A stretch of 64,000 bases of DNA, taken from positions 4,270 through 68,269 of IMG/VR virus record IMGVR_UViG_3300044858_005015. The stretch is one strand, 5' to 3'. A program made the translations under genes and the position numbers. Under the pieces are notes generated by a model. The model saw only the letters and a list, made by a program, of their open reading frames with translations. It was not told the DNA's origin and ran no database searches. Below, piece after piece: positions 55,590-64,000 of this stretch; the first letter of the stretch is position 1, and the number at the start of each line of letters is the position of its first letter. Source of the DNA: a virus.

Positions 55590-57170
55590 TTAAAACGGTA
55601 TAATCGGAACCCTTACATTAGTTCCATTGAGCCTTATAATTACAGAAGATGTCTGATTGGTAAATGTAGTATCTGCTACTGTAGATAATTGCCAAGTAGA
55701 AGAACCGAGAACAAACTGATTGTTTTGTGTTGCTGCGGCACATGTTCCTAACACAATAACTCCGGATAAATTACCTGTTTGTGTATCTGCCTGAGTACCT
55801 ATTATAATATTATTTGTTCCTGTAGTGTTGCTACATCCAGCACCACAACCAAAAAAGCTGTTATTGCTTCCGGTAGAGTTAGCATAACCGGCGCGCCGAC
55901 CAAAAAAGCTATTATTGCTACCGGTAGTATTACAATAACCAGCATCAATTCCCAAAAAGTTGTTATATCTGCCCGTGGTATTAGAACGACCAGCATAGTT
56001 ACCTATAAAGTTGTTATTACTCCCTGTAGTATTGTAAAGTCCGGCCAAGTTGCCTATAAAGTTGTTAAAACTACCGGTACTATTACTGCTCCCAGCTACA
56101 TTACCTATAAAGTTATTTTGACAGCCCTGATTACAATAACCTGCTTTAAAGCCAAAAAAGTTATTATAAGAACCACTACTACTAGCATCACTGCAAAAAC
56201 CAGCCTGAGTACCAAAGAAGTTATTATGAGCACCCTTATTATACTTACCTGCCTCAAAACCAATAAAGTTGCTACACCCACTACTATAATGATTACAGAA
56301 ACCAGCGCGTGTGCCAAAGAAGTTATTGTGTGAACCTCCGTCCCTGTAGCTACCTGCTTTATACCCAATAGCGTTGTTAAAACTACCGCAACTAGTTTCG
56401 AAGCGACCTGCCCAAGTACCAATAAAATTATTATGTGAGCTGCCCGAAGAGTCGTCAGAGCCCGCACAAGTACCAATAAAGTTGTTATGGGACCCGTTGT
56501 TAGAGTTAAAGAGCCCTGTCTTGTAACCAATAAAGTTGTTAAAACTCCCCCCACAACCATATAAGGCACAAGAGCCAGCAAGCGTACCTATGATATTATT
56601 ATTGGAACTACTTATATTACTACTTCCAGCATATTCACCAAACAAGTTGTTGCTATTGCCAGTGTTATTATAAGAACCGGCAAAAAGACCAAAGAAATTG
56701 TTGCGGTTCCCTGTAGTGTTATTAAAACCAGCAAAAGAACCAATAATATTATTGTAGTTCCCTGTAGTATTGCAAAGTCCTGCATCAGGCCCCATAGCGT
56801 TATTGCCACTACCTGTAGTGTTGTAAGAACCAGTACGTTTGCCAAAAAAATTGTTATACCGGCCGGTAGTATTCTGGTTACCAGACTGATAACCAAAAAA
56901 ATTGTTATTATAACCTGTAGTGTTGTAAGAACCAGTACGTTTGCCAAAAAAATTGTTATACCGGCCGGTAGTAAGAGAACATCCCGCTCGCCTACCAAAA
57001 ACAAAGTTATGGGTTCCAGTAGTATTATTATTACCTGTGGTAGAGTCTCCGATAAAAATGTTAGTGTTTTTTACAAAAACGTTATTAGCACTCAAAGGCC
57101 CTCCAACTACAATACTTCCTGAAGAGAGACTTTTTACAAATAAATCATTATTATTAAATTCTTGTGCCAT
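55590..57170 (-). CDS. tail fibre with ~17-aa NNFxGxxAGxxNTTG beta-solenoid repeats
   Basis: More than 20 G/N-rich repeats. Confidence 0.75.
   Translation of the reverse strand: MAQEFNNNDLFVKSLSSGSIVVGGPLSANNVFVKNTNIFIGDSTTGNNNTTGTHNFVFGRRAGCSLTTGRYNNFFGKRTGSYNTTGYNNNFFGYQSGNQNTTGRYNNFFGKRTGSYNTTGSGNNAMGPDAGLCNTTGNYNNIIGSFAGFNNTTGNRNNFFGLFAGSYNNTGNSNNLFGEYAGSSNISSSNNNIIGTLAGSCALYGCGGSFNNFIGYKTGLFNSNNGSHNNFIGTCAGSDDSSGSSHNNFIGTWAGRFETSCGSFNNAIGYKAGSYRDGGSHNNFFGTRAGFCNHYSSGCSNFIGFEAGKYNKGAHNNFFGTQAGFCSDASSSGSYNNFFGFKAGYCNQGCQNNFIGNVAGSSNSTGSFNNFIGNLAGLYNTTGSNNNFIGNYAGRSNTTGRYNNFLGIDAGYCNTTGSNNSFFGRRAGYANSTGSNNSFFGCGAGCSNTTGTNNIIIGTQADTQTGNLSGVIVLGTCAAATQNNQFVLGSSTWQLSTVADTTFTNQTSSVIIRLNGTNVRVPIIPF
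56811..56973. repeat. 61-bp exact intragenic direct repeat (56811-56871 / 56913-56973)
   Basis: Offset 102 nt, i.e. two 17-aa units. Confidence 0.85.
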
Positions 57171-57173
57171 ATA

Positions 57174-58175
57174 TTAAATTACATCAAAGAGTCTTATATA
57201 TTTAGTTTGTCCGTTTGCTACAATCTTAACGTAAGTGTCTGTAGCTGTAACAGAAGTTGTTGATGTTACGGTTTCTCCCGTAAACTGTACAGAACTAATA
57301 GACAAGGTATTGGTAGCTGAAACACTACCGGTAACTAACATATTACCGTTAAAAAAGCTATTACCCTGAGAACTTAAGGTACCTCTAACGGTAAGACTAC
57401 CGGTGGGGGTTGCTGTACCAATATTAACGTTGTTCGCGAGAACAGAACTAGATTGAACGTAGGTAGTCCAGATACCACTTGTAGCAACAGCAGATGAATA
57501 CACAGTGTTGGTAGCTGAAATATCACCCTTAACAGTTAACTTTAAAGCAGGATTGGTTACCCCTAGGCCGATGTTACCCCCGTCAGCCATAAACAAGATA
57601 GATGTTCCATCATCTTGAAAGTTCGCGATAGGTTGTGCCCCAGTTTGATTGACCAATAGAGCAGGACCAGTGCCATTGTTGGTCACCATAACAGACGAGG
57701 TTGTTATGATTTGAGTATCGATATAAGTTATTTCCCCGAGTGCTGTCAGATTACCAAAGACGGTGACATTGTTGGCAGATAAATTACCAATTACATTTAC
57801 ATTACCTGTCTGAGTTGTATTGCCGGTCTGTACGGTATTACCAAAATATGTTAAATCTCCTACCTGAGTAGTATTGCCGGTATAGTTAAGATTACCTACC
57901 TGGGTAGTATCTCCTGCTATAATAAAATCACCACGAGCTGTTAGGGCGTAGTTATCGCTGTCAAGAATAAGAGCTGTTGAAAGACTAGCGAAAGAAGCTG
58001 CAAAACCACTTAAAGAAGAATTGGCTGATAGAGGCCCGTTAATAACAAACGCTCCTTGAAAGGGTGATTCAGGAGAAGCAATCGGGTCATAAGATGAATC
58101 CGGGTATCGAGGATCCGGTTTAGGGTTGGTGTGGTGGTTAAATCTGTGCCACTTATTATGGAATTTTGAGCTCAT
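57174..58175 (-). CDS. tail fibre/structural protein
   Basis: GNxxxxG repeats; N.GTGPAL.V.QTG..PIA.F.D; GNIGLG...P..KLTV.G.ISA. Confidence 0.65.
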   Translation of the reverse strand: MSSKFHNKWHRFNHHTNPKPDPRYPDSSYDPIASPESPFQGAFVINGPLSANSSLSGFAASFASLSTALILDSDNYALTARGDFIIAGDTTQVGNLNYTGNTTQVGDLTYFGNTVQTGNTTQTGNVNVIGNLSANNVTVFGNLTALGEITYIDTQIITTSSVMVTNNGTGPALLVNQTGAQPIANFQDDGTSILFMADGGNIGLGVTNPALKLTVKGDISATNTVYSSAVATSGIWTTYVQSSSVLANNVNIGTATPTGSLTVRGTLSSQGNSFFNGNMLVTGSVSATNTLSISSVQFTGETVTSTTSVTATDTYVKIVANGQTKYIRLFDVI

Positions 58176-58230
58176 ATGTCTTTCAATCTTAGCAACGGTG
58201 TTTATCCGCGCGATATTATTAAGATCAGTT

Positions 58231-58308
58231 ATATTTATTCTAAAAACTAAAATAAGTCCTATAGCACCAGTGAAGACTGCTATTTTGTTGCTTTATTAGA
58301 ATAAATAT
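58231..58308. promoter_or_regulatory. back-to-back late promoters forming a 13-bp inverted repeat
   Basis: ATATTTATTCTAA (58231-58243) / TTAGAATAAATAT (58296-58308). Confidence 0.6.
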
Positions 58309-58319
58309 TAGCAACTTTT

Positions 58320-58985
58320 ATGTTGTTTTTAGCAGAATCTTTACCGACTGTTCCGGGATATACACATTTTATTCCATTGATAATAGCGTTTTTAACCGGC
58401 GTTCTGGGTCCCATATTATTAACTATAGTCAGACATAGACTATCGCGAGCTAATAAAGATTTAGAAAAACGTAAAAAAGATTTTCAACACTCTTTAGAGA
58501 TACAGGATCTCATTAATACCTCTCTTAATAAACTTCAAAACAAATATAATCTTGACAGGCTTTGGATAGCACAATTTCATAACGGAGGTAATTTCTATCC
58601 AGGAAATAAGTCCATGAAGAAGATTTCTATTACTTTTGAATCAACAGCGCCGGGGGTTGCTGCTGACATAATGAAAATGCAGAACTTACCGGTATCTTTT
58701 TTAGCTCCTACCTTACAAAAACTAACATCGGAAGATGGTATTACCATAGACGTCTTTACAGAAGATGATTACGCTCTGAGATCTTTCTGGGAGAATAGAG
58801 GGGTTCAGACAGCTTATCTGTTCCCTATTAGATGTCTGGAATCTGATTTTATTGGTATTTTTGGAGTTGACTTTATTAAAAGAGATGGGTTTTTATCTGA
58901 CGACGTCTATAATCAACTCAAAAACGAAGCACTCCTTCTTTCCGGTTACGTAGCAGCTATTTCGGTAGATAAGTCGTTAAAGTAA
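58320..58985 (+). CDS. single-TM plus GAF-like domain protein, candidate T4 T-type holin
   Basis: N-terminal TM; DR.WIAQFHNGG.F...S.TFE...G; IG..GVDF; heads the lysis cluster. Confidence 0.55.
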   Translation: MLFLAESLPTVPGYTHFIPLIIAFLTGVLGPILLTIVRHRLSRANKDLEKRKKDFQHSLEIQDLINTSLNKLQNKYNLDRLWIAQFHNGGNFYPGNKSMKKISITFESTAPGVAADIMKMQNLPVSFLAPTLQKLTSEDGITIDVFTEDDYALRSFWENRGVQTAYLFPIRCLESDFIGIFGVDFIKRDGFLSDDVYNQLKNEALLLSGYVAAISVDKSLK

Positions 58986-58998
58986 CATAATTACTTTT

Positions 58999-59589
58999 AT
59001 GAGATATTTACTACTTTCTATTGCTCTTATAACCTTAACAGGGTGTGCTACTAAAGTCAAATATGTTGAAAAGCAATCTGAAGAGCTTTCACAGGCCGTT
59101 TACGCTACTAAAGATTCTATAGAAGTTGCTCGGATTGATCTAGCTTCTAAATACTCGGGAGAAGCAGCCCGTCTGGTAGCACCTCCTAAGAACCGAGTTA
59201 AGATAGATGCTATTATTAAGTCAAAGGGTGACAAGGAGACAGAGAGAGTTTTAATTCTTCCTAACGCTAATAAGAACGACAAACCCATTTACGTTGATAC
59301 CCCGGAGTTTCAAGAGCTAGTAAAAGATTCAAGAGTAGCCCAGCAGCTTAAGACCGACTTGCAGAACTGGCAGCTATATACTAAAGAAGTAGATCGCAAG
59401 CTAACTGAACAGTATGAGATCCAGAATGAGATGATAGTTAAGATTCAAGACCTGGAGAAGCAAGTTCTTGAAAAGGATAAAAAGTTACTCAAGAAAGATA
59501 TCGCTATCCTCTGGCGTAACATTGTTATTGTAGCCCTCTTTGGTACTATCGGGGTTGGGGTTTATCTTCGTATCAAAGGGGTTCTCTAA
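58999..59589 (+). CDS. lipoprotein with C-terminal TM, candidate unimolecular spanin
   Basis: Lipobox LTGC, coiled coil, C-terminal hydrophobic helix. Confidence 0.6.
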   Translation: MRYLLLSIALITLTGCATKVKYVEKQSEELSQAVYATKDSIEVARIDLASKYSGEAARLVAPPKNRVKIDAIIKSKGDKETERVLILPNANKNDKPIYVDTPEFQELVKDSRVAQQLKTDLQNWQLYTKEVDRKLTEQYEIQNEMIVKIQDLEKQVLEKDKKLLKKDIAILWRNIVIVALFGTIGVGVYLRIKGVL

Positions 59590-59840
59590 TGTCCTTGGAT
59601 GACATCTACACCCGGCAGGTGCAGGGTAAGAGAGCAGGAGGACTCCCCTCTATAGGTTCAGCCCCTCCTCCTCTCATAGAACGCGATCCTAATGTTCGTA
59701 GATTAGAACAAGATGTCTTTGCCCGGATGCACGAAATTGTTAAACCGGAACCACTCCAAGACACCGTAACTCAAGATGCTCAAGTTGAGGTTGTATCATT
59801 TGAAAGTGCTTTAAGAGAGTTGCAGCAAATGAATAAATAA
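59589..59840 (+). CDS. hypothetical protein
   Basis: ORF track, TAATG coupling. Confidence 0.55.
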   Translation: MSLDDIYTRQVQGKRAGGLPSIGSAPPPLIERDPNVRRLEQDVFARMHEIVKPEPLQDTVTQDAQVEVVSFESALRELQQMNK

Positions 59841-59846
59841 CTATGA

Positions 59847-60323
59847 ATGTGGGCTTCTATTGTCAATATTGCTAAAAATGCAGCATCTTTTTTATCATCT
59901 AACAAGGTACCTCCAGGTACTCCTTACGTAGAACAGGAAGCTTTGCGTAGCCAGAATCACTTTAAGTCTAAGAAGTTCTTTTTAGCATTCTCTTCTTTCT
60001 TAGGTTTATTATTGTTTTATTTTAGTTCAGTTGCTATTTTGTTTATTTTACCAGGGGGTAATGAAATTATTTCCGGTTACGTCACAATTTTTTCAAAGAC
60101 AATAGAAATTTTGGCTATAATCGTGGCTGCCTACCTAGGAACACAAATGGCGATAGACCTAAAGTATGGCAGTTCATCTAATACAAACTTTGACTCTGTT
60201 CTAACATCTGAACAGAGAGAAGAGAAGATCGTACAAGAGGAAACAATTCTGTATGCAGAAAAGTATAAAGACGATCCCTCTTATGCTCCTTTAGAATGGG
60301 TCTTTAATCAACCTACACAGTAA
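59847..60323 (+). CDS. two-TM membrane protein, holin-like
   Basis: SKKF.......TM...TM..AYLG.Q..ID; immediately upstream of the endolysin. Confidence 0.6.
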   Translation: MWASIVNIAKNAASFLSSNKVPPGTPYVEQEALRSQNHFKSKKFFLAFSSFLGLLLFYFSSVAILFILPGGNEIISGYVTIFSKTIEILAIIVAAYLGTQMAIDLKYGSSSNTNFDSVLTSEQREEKIVQEETILYAEKYKDDPSYAPLEWVFNQPTQ

Positions 60324-60324
60324 T

Positions 60325-61020
60325 ATGGAAACTTTAAAACTTGGCAGCTTTGGTGAAGATGTAAAGAGATGGCAGCAGTTCTTACTTTCTGCTGGCTATA
60401 AGATTCCCTTTGTAGACGGCGCCTTTGGTCCTGCTACTGAAAGAGAGACTATAAAATTTCAAGTAAGGAATGGACTAAAGCCTGACGGCGTAGTAGGTCC
60501 TAAAACCCAAGCCTTTATAACCACGATCTCACAAAATACACCATTATCTCAAAAGTGGCCTAAACAGGGTTATAATAGTATGGTTAACTTTTATGGACCG
60601 GTAGGAGAGAATATGACCTCTTTAGATCTTCCTTATGCTATGAGACTAGCCTGGGATACTAACGTAATAGTTAAAAAGATTACCTGCCATCAGAAATGCA
60701 CTCAGGCTTTTTATAACATTTTCGAAAAGACTTTAAAACACTACGGAGAAGCTGAAATTAAAAAGCTAAGACTAGATCTCTTTGGGGGTTGTTTAAATGT
60801 TCGCCGTGTTAGAGGTGGTACAGCTTTCTCAACTCATTCTTGGGGTTGTGCCATAGACATAGATCCAGATCGTAACCAGCTTAGATGGGGTAAAGACAGA
60901 GCAGAGATGGCTAAAACAATTTACGAACCGTTTTGGAAGTTTGTTGAAGATGAAGGTGTGTTAAGTCTGGGAAGAGCTCGTAATTACGATTTTCAACATT
61001 TCCAATGTGCTTTGCTTTAA
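60325..61020 (+). CDS. endolysin: peptidoglycan-binding domain plus M15 family peptidase
   Basis: L..GS.GEDV..WQ..L, DG.FGP.T, DGVVGPKT; R..RGG...STHSWG.AID, D.QHFQ. Confidence 0.9.
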   Translation: METLKLGSFGEDVKRWQQFLLSAGYKIPFVDGAFGPATERETIKFQVRNGLKPDGVVGPKTQAFITTISQNTPLSQKWPKQGYNSMVNFYGPVGENMTSLDLPYAMRLAWDTNVIVKKITCHQKCTQAFYNIFEKTLKHYGEAEIKKLRLDLFGGCLNVRRVRGGTAFSTHSWGCAIDIDPDRNQLRWGKDRAEMAKTIYEPFWKFVEDEGVLSLGRARNYDFQHFQCALL

Positions 61021-61045
61021 TACATATTTTTAATAAATAATAAAC

Positions 61046-61537
61046 ATGGATACCTTTGATAAATTAGTAGAACAACTTCTTAATGAATTTAACGTAGAGG
61101 ATCGCAATGATCCAGCTTTCTACGACTATGCCGTACTTTTTGTAAAGCAATTAAAGCAGCGTAATATGGTTAAGCCGGGCGTCGATGTTCGCAAGACTGC
61201 TATGCAGATCTTAAAAGATCAATACTATAATTTTATAGACGAAAATAGCAATGTTGCTTATAAAGTAGAGTTTCTCTTTGATGACGAAGTAGAGTCACCT
61301 AATAATTTGTCAGTAGCTATAAAGTCTCTTCCTAACGGGGATGTAGTTAAGAGGATTGATAATACACATGAAGAGACTTCGATTACTGATATTGCTGACT
61401 TCATAGAGACTGAAGTACAAAAGCAAAAGCAAGCAGGCCAGACAGCGCCTGAACAAGTAGGTGAAACACCTTCAGAGATGCCTGGTGCTGTAAAGCCACA
61501 AGCACCTAATACTTCCCAATACCTTAAAGGTCTCTAA
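61046..61537 (+). CDS. late protein, candidate internal head protein
   Basis: TAAATA upstream; MDTFDKLVEQLLNE. Confidence 0.6.
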   Translation: MDTFDKLVEQLLNEFNVEDRNDPAFYDYAVLFVKQLKQRNMVKPGVDVRKTAMQILKDQYYNFIDENSNVAYKVEFLFDDEVESPNNLSVAIKSLPNGDVVKRIDNTHEETSITDIADFIETEVQKQKQAGQTAPEQVGETPSEMPGAVKPQAPNTSQYLKGL

Positions 61538-61705
61538 TTACTCTGCGAAGTCTTCGGCTTCTAATTCGTCTACTTTCTGACGAAGATATTCTAAAGCGTA
61601 CTCTATATCTTTGATATTGCTAAATTCGTTATCGAATATCTCAGCTAAGGTTTCATCGAGGGCGTGATCTACAATAGATTCAATTTCAGGCTGTTTAAAT
61701 GACAT
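61538..61705 (-). CDS. 55-aa very acidic protein
   Basis: Manual translation MSFKQPEIESIVDHALDETLAEIFDNEFSNIKDIEYALEYLRQKVDELEAEDFAE. Confidence 0.6.
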   Translation of the reverse strand: MSFKQPEIESIVDHALDETLAEIFDNEFSNIKDIEYALEYLRQKVDELEAEDFAE

Positions 61706-61716
61706 ATAATTTTTAT

Positions 61717-62052
61717 TTATTTAAACTCTATATATTTCAACTGTTTAGTGGTGAATTTTTTCTCTGTTGTAAAGATGGTATAGATTAACCTTATAATACC
61801 TTTTTTACCTTCCATAACAATATCGGTACATTCGAATTTGTTTTTTTCAAGTTGACTAAGATACACTCTTACACTCTTAACTGCTAAAGCTACATCTTCA
61901 GGTTTAAAGTGTCTAGGGAAGATTATATGAGTTTCGTAGAACGGGTCAGGCATTATAGTAACCCCGTCTTTAAAGAATTTAGTAATTGCTGCTTCTGCCC
62001 CTAGAAGTAAACAGCATTCTTTTAAGTCTTCGTTAAACTCGAAGGCAGTCAC
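61717..62052 (-). CDS. hypothetical protein
   Basis: GTG start after TAAATA. Confidence 0.55.
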   Translation of the reverse strand: MTAFEFNEDLKECCLLLGAEAAITKFFKDGVTIMPDPFYETHIIFPRHFKPEDVALAVKSVRVYLSQLEKNKFECTDIVMEGKKGIIRLIYTIFTTEKKFTTKQLKYIEFK

Positions 62053-62081
62053 GTAGAGTATTTAAGTTACTGACAGTAAAT

Positions 62082-62339
62082 TTAAACAGCAAGACGAACA
62101 GCAGCTACTTCATCACCGGTATCTTTTGCATAGCCTCTATAGGTTTTACCATTATGAGTAAATGTAAAAATTTCACCATCTTCCCAAAGAGGTTCGCCTT
62201 CATCAACATCATAAACATCAACATAAAATTTACCGTTATCTACTACAATGTAATCAGTAAGATCTTTTAAAGCGTCTGTTACACTAGAAATCTCTTCTTC
62301 AGATATGTATTTTTTGTATGCTTGATCGAATTTATTCAT
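62082..62339 (-). CDS. acidic late protein, candidate internal head protein
   Basis: TAAATA; MNKFDQAYKKYISEE. Confidence 0.6.
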   Translation of the reverse strand: MNKFDQAYKKYISEEEISSVTDALKDLTDYIVVDNGKFYVDVYDVDEGEPLWEDGEIFTFTHNGKTYRGYAKDTGDEVAAVRLAV

Positions 62340-62356
62340 ATTGTTATTATATTTAT

Positions 62357-62548
62357 TTATTGACAGTGATAATTCAAAAATCTTTGAGCGCCCTTAGCAG
62401 TAGCATTACCTTTATTTTTTTGTTTAGCTTTTAAAGCTCGGGCTTTTGCACAAGTTACTTTACCTTTTATCTGACGTTTTAAAATTCCAGGGCGAACCGG
62501 GTCGTGGATAGACTTTTTTTCGTTTATGTATTCTTTAAAGTTAATCAT
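62357..62548 (-). CDS. basic small protein, candidate internal head protein
   Basis: MINFKEYINE resembles the T4 IP capsid-targeting sequence; K/R-rich body. Confidence 0.65.
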   Translation of the reverse strand: MINFKEYINEKKSIHDPVRPGILKRQIKGKVTCAKARALKAKQKNKGNATAKGAQRFLNYHCQ

Positions 62549-63714
62549 TTTAATTTTACAAGATTTATTTGCTGAGGTATTACACCAGCAGATGCGTTTC
62601 TAAGATCAAACGAAAAGGTATGCTTGTCGGTGTACACTATAATACTAGCATGCTTACGTTTTTGCTGCATACCTCCACCAGCATAAAACGGATACTTAAC
62701 AGCCACCTGTTTGATACTCCCGATCATATTATAAACATCATCAACCGTTAGTAAAGATACAATTTCATAACGTTCTTTACCTAGATTACGAACATAATAA
62801 TAGCCATAATCAAAAGCAGATGCTAGATATTGTTTTATAATTTGTTCATCGAAATCAGTAACTAGTTCTAATTCCTTTTGACCAGACAACTCTTTTTTAA
62901 TATATTTTTCTACAAGATCTGCAATTTTATTTTTGTCTAATTTCGTAGCCGTTAATAACGGGTCAATTAAAGGTACATCTTTAACTATTATTTTATCTCC
63001 CTGTAAAGTAAACATCTGCTTTAAGGTATTATTTGAAATTGTTTTACCGTTTTTGTCTTTTAAAGATATATAAAACTCTTTACCTTTATCATCTATTAAA
63101 ATAATATCTGCAATAATCTTACCTGCATTTTGTGGTGTACCGGTTAATTGTCTGCGGACTACTTGTTTAAAACCGTCCTGCACTTCTACAAAATTTACTG
63201 GACCTACAACCTGTTTGAACTGTATATAAAACGGTACCCGCTCTTGGCTTTGTAAATTATTGCGCAGAGTATCTACTAAAGTTCTTTCAAGGGTCATTCC
63301 TTTATTACCAGCTACTCCTCCTCCGAGAACTAGATAGTGTTCAACACCTTGCTCATCCTTTACTACATATGTCGGGAATTTAGTGGATTTGCTATCAGAG
63401 TCTCCTGGTAGAGCAACTTTTTCAATCCTAAGACCTACAAGCTGTATTGCTGCTGTAAAATCCTCTAAAGTAAATTCTTTTACTACAGGCTGTAGTCTTA
63501 CTTCTCCCTTTTTACCGGCACCGGGTTTCAGTTCTGGAGCTACATTAATAATATCTTTTACAATCGACGCTTTAGATCTCTCTTTAACTAATTGATAAGA
63601 TTCAGTTAATGTTCTTACTTTCTCTTTCTTCCTTACAATAGGTTCAGGCTTTTTAGGAACAGGTTTATTGGAAAGTAGAGAGTCGTAGATCTTATTGAGA
63701 AAGTAATCAGACAT
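62545..63714 (-). CDS. late protein with PD-(D/E)xK-like motif
   Basis: IADIIL......FYISLK; TAAATA upstream. Confidence 0.5.
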   Translation of the reverse strand: MSDYFLNKIYDSLLSNKPVPKKPEPIVRKKEKVRTLTESYQLVKERSKASIVKDIINVAPELKPGAGKKGEVRLQPVVKEFTLEDFTAAIQLVGLRIEKVALPGDSDSKSTKFPTYVVKDEQGVEHYLVLGGGVAGNKGMTLERTLVDTLRNNLQSQERVPFYIQFKQVVGPVNFVEVQDGFKQVVRRQLTGTPQNAGKIIADIILIDDKGKEFYISLKDKNGKTISNNTLKQMFTLQGDKIIVKDVPLIDPLLTATKLDKNKIADLVEKYIKKELSGQKELELVTDFDEQIIKQYLASAFDYGYYYVRNLGKERYEIVSLLTVDDVYNMIGSIKQVAVKYPFYAGGGMQQKRKHASIIVYTDKHTFSFDLRNASAGVIPQQINLVKLK

Positions 63715-63747
63715 ATAGGTATATTATTTATTTGAATAAATACATTT

Positions 63748-63921
63748 ATGCTTTTTGATCAGACAATCAAATATATTCTTGAGCAGACTAAAGACAATAG
63801 AGCTCCAGAGCCTGAACCTTGGAGCCTGGAAATCAAAAAAGATTTCTCAAAGAGTGATGCCTACAACGAGCTCGGCGATCTGATTATAAAGCTCTTTGAA
63901 TTAAGATCTAGGTTAGAGTAA
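63748..63921 (+). CDS. small late protein
   Basis: Manual translation MLFDQTIKYILEQTK...; TAAATA upstream. Confidence 0.5.
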   Translation: MLFDQTIKYILEQTKDNRAPEPEPWSLEIKKDFSKSDAYNELGDLIIKLFELRSRLE

Positions 63922-64000
63922 CCGGTTCAGGCAAGGTAATTGTATCTGGCATAGGTACAGAAGGGTTAGCCAGTGTTTTGGATAACTCAGGTACTTCTTG

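Noticed and set aside
1-64000. CRISPR array, tRNA or rRNA genes
   Set aside because: I found no regularly spaced repeat-spacer units and no cloverleaf with a T-loop in intergenic space by eye; tRNAscan-SE was not run.
1-64000. Stop-codon reassignment
   Set aside because: Conserved genes (portal, QueC, GuaC, ThyX, RNase H) are full length in the standard code, and TAA, TAG and TGA all end genes.

Overview
This window is a dense, AT-rich segment of a large T4-like (myovirus-type) dsDNA phage genome in the standard genetic code. All family assignments come from motif recognition by eye; no searches were run. Scattered T4-type core genes are a gp20 portal, gp15 tail terminator, gp62-like clamp-loader subunit, GroES-like co-chaperonin and RNase H/5'-3' exonuclease. 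Nucleotide-metabolism genes include ThyX, dCMP deaminase, GMP reductase and a HAD deoxyribonucleotidase. There are several tail-fibre/receptor-binding blocks, two sulfotransferases, two glycosyltransferases and a lysis cassette. Promoters fall into two classes, sigma70-like TTGNNN-N16/17-TANNNT and T4-late-like TAAATA, and usually sit only 6-10 nt upstream of the ATG. The best candidate for an undescribed system is a QueC + class II glutamine amidotransferase + GT2-like glycosyltransferase + DUF366 cluster beside the clamp loader, suggesting a new (possibly glycosylated) 7-deazaguanine modification. Other notable signals are an exact 340-bp duplication flanking a 564-bp foreign, cassette-like insert; a five-gene tandem array of variable receptor-binding paralogues; module-swap scars in tail genes; a late-promoter-driven non-coding hairpin; late genes with capsid-targeting-like N-termini, including a flavodoxin-family enzyme; and a GAF-holin plus unimolecular-spanin-like lysis cassette. 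I saw no tRNA, rRNA, CRISPR array, integrase or reverse transcriptase.
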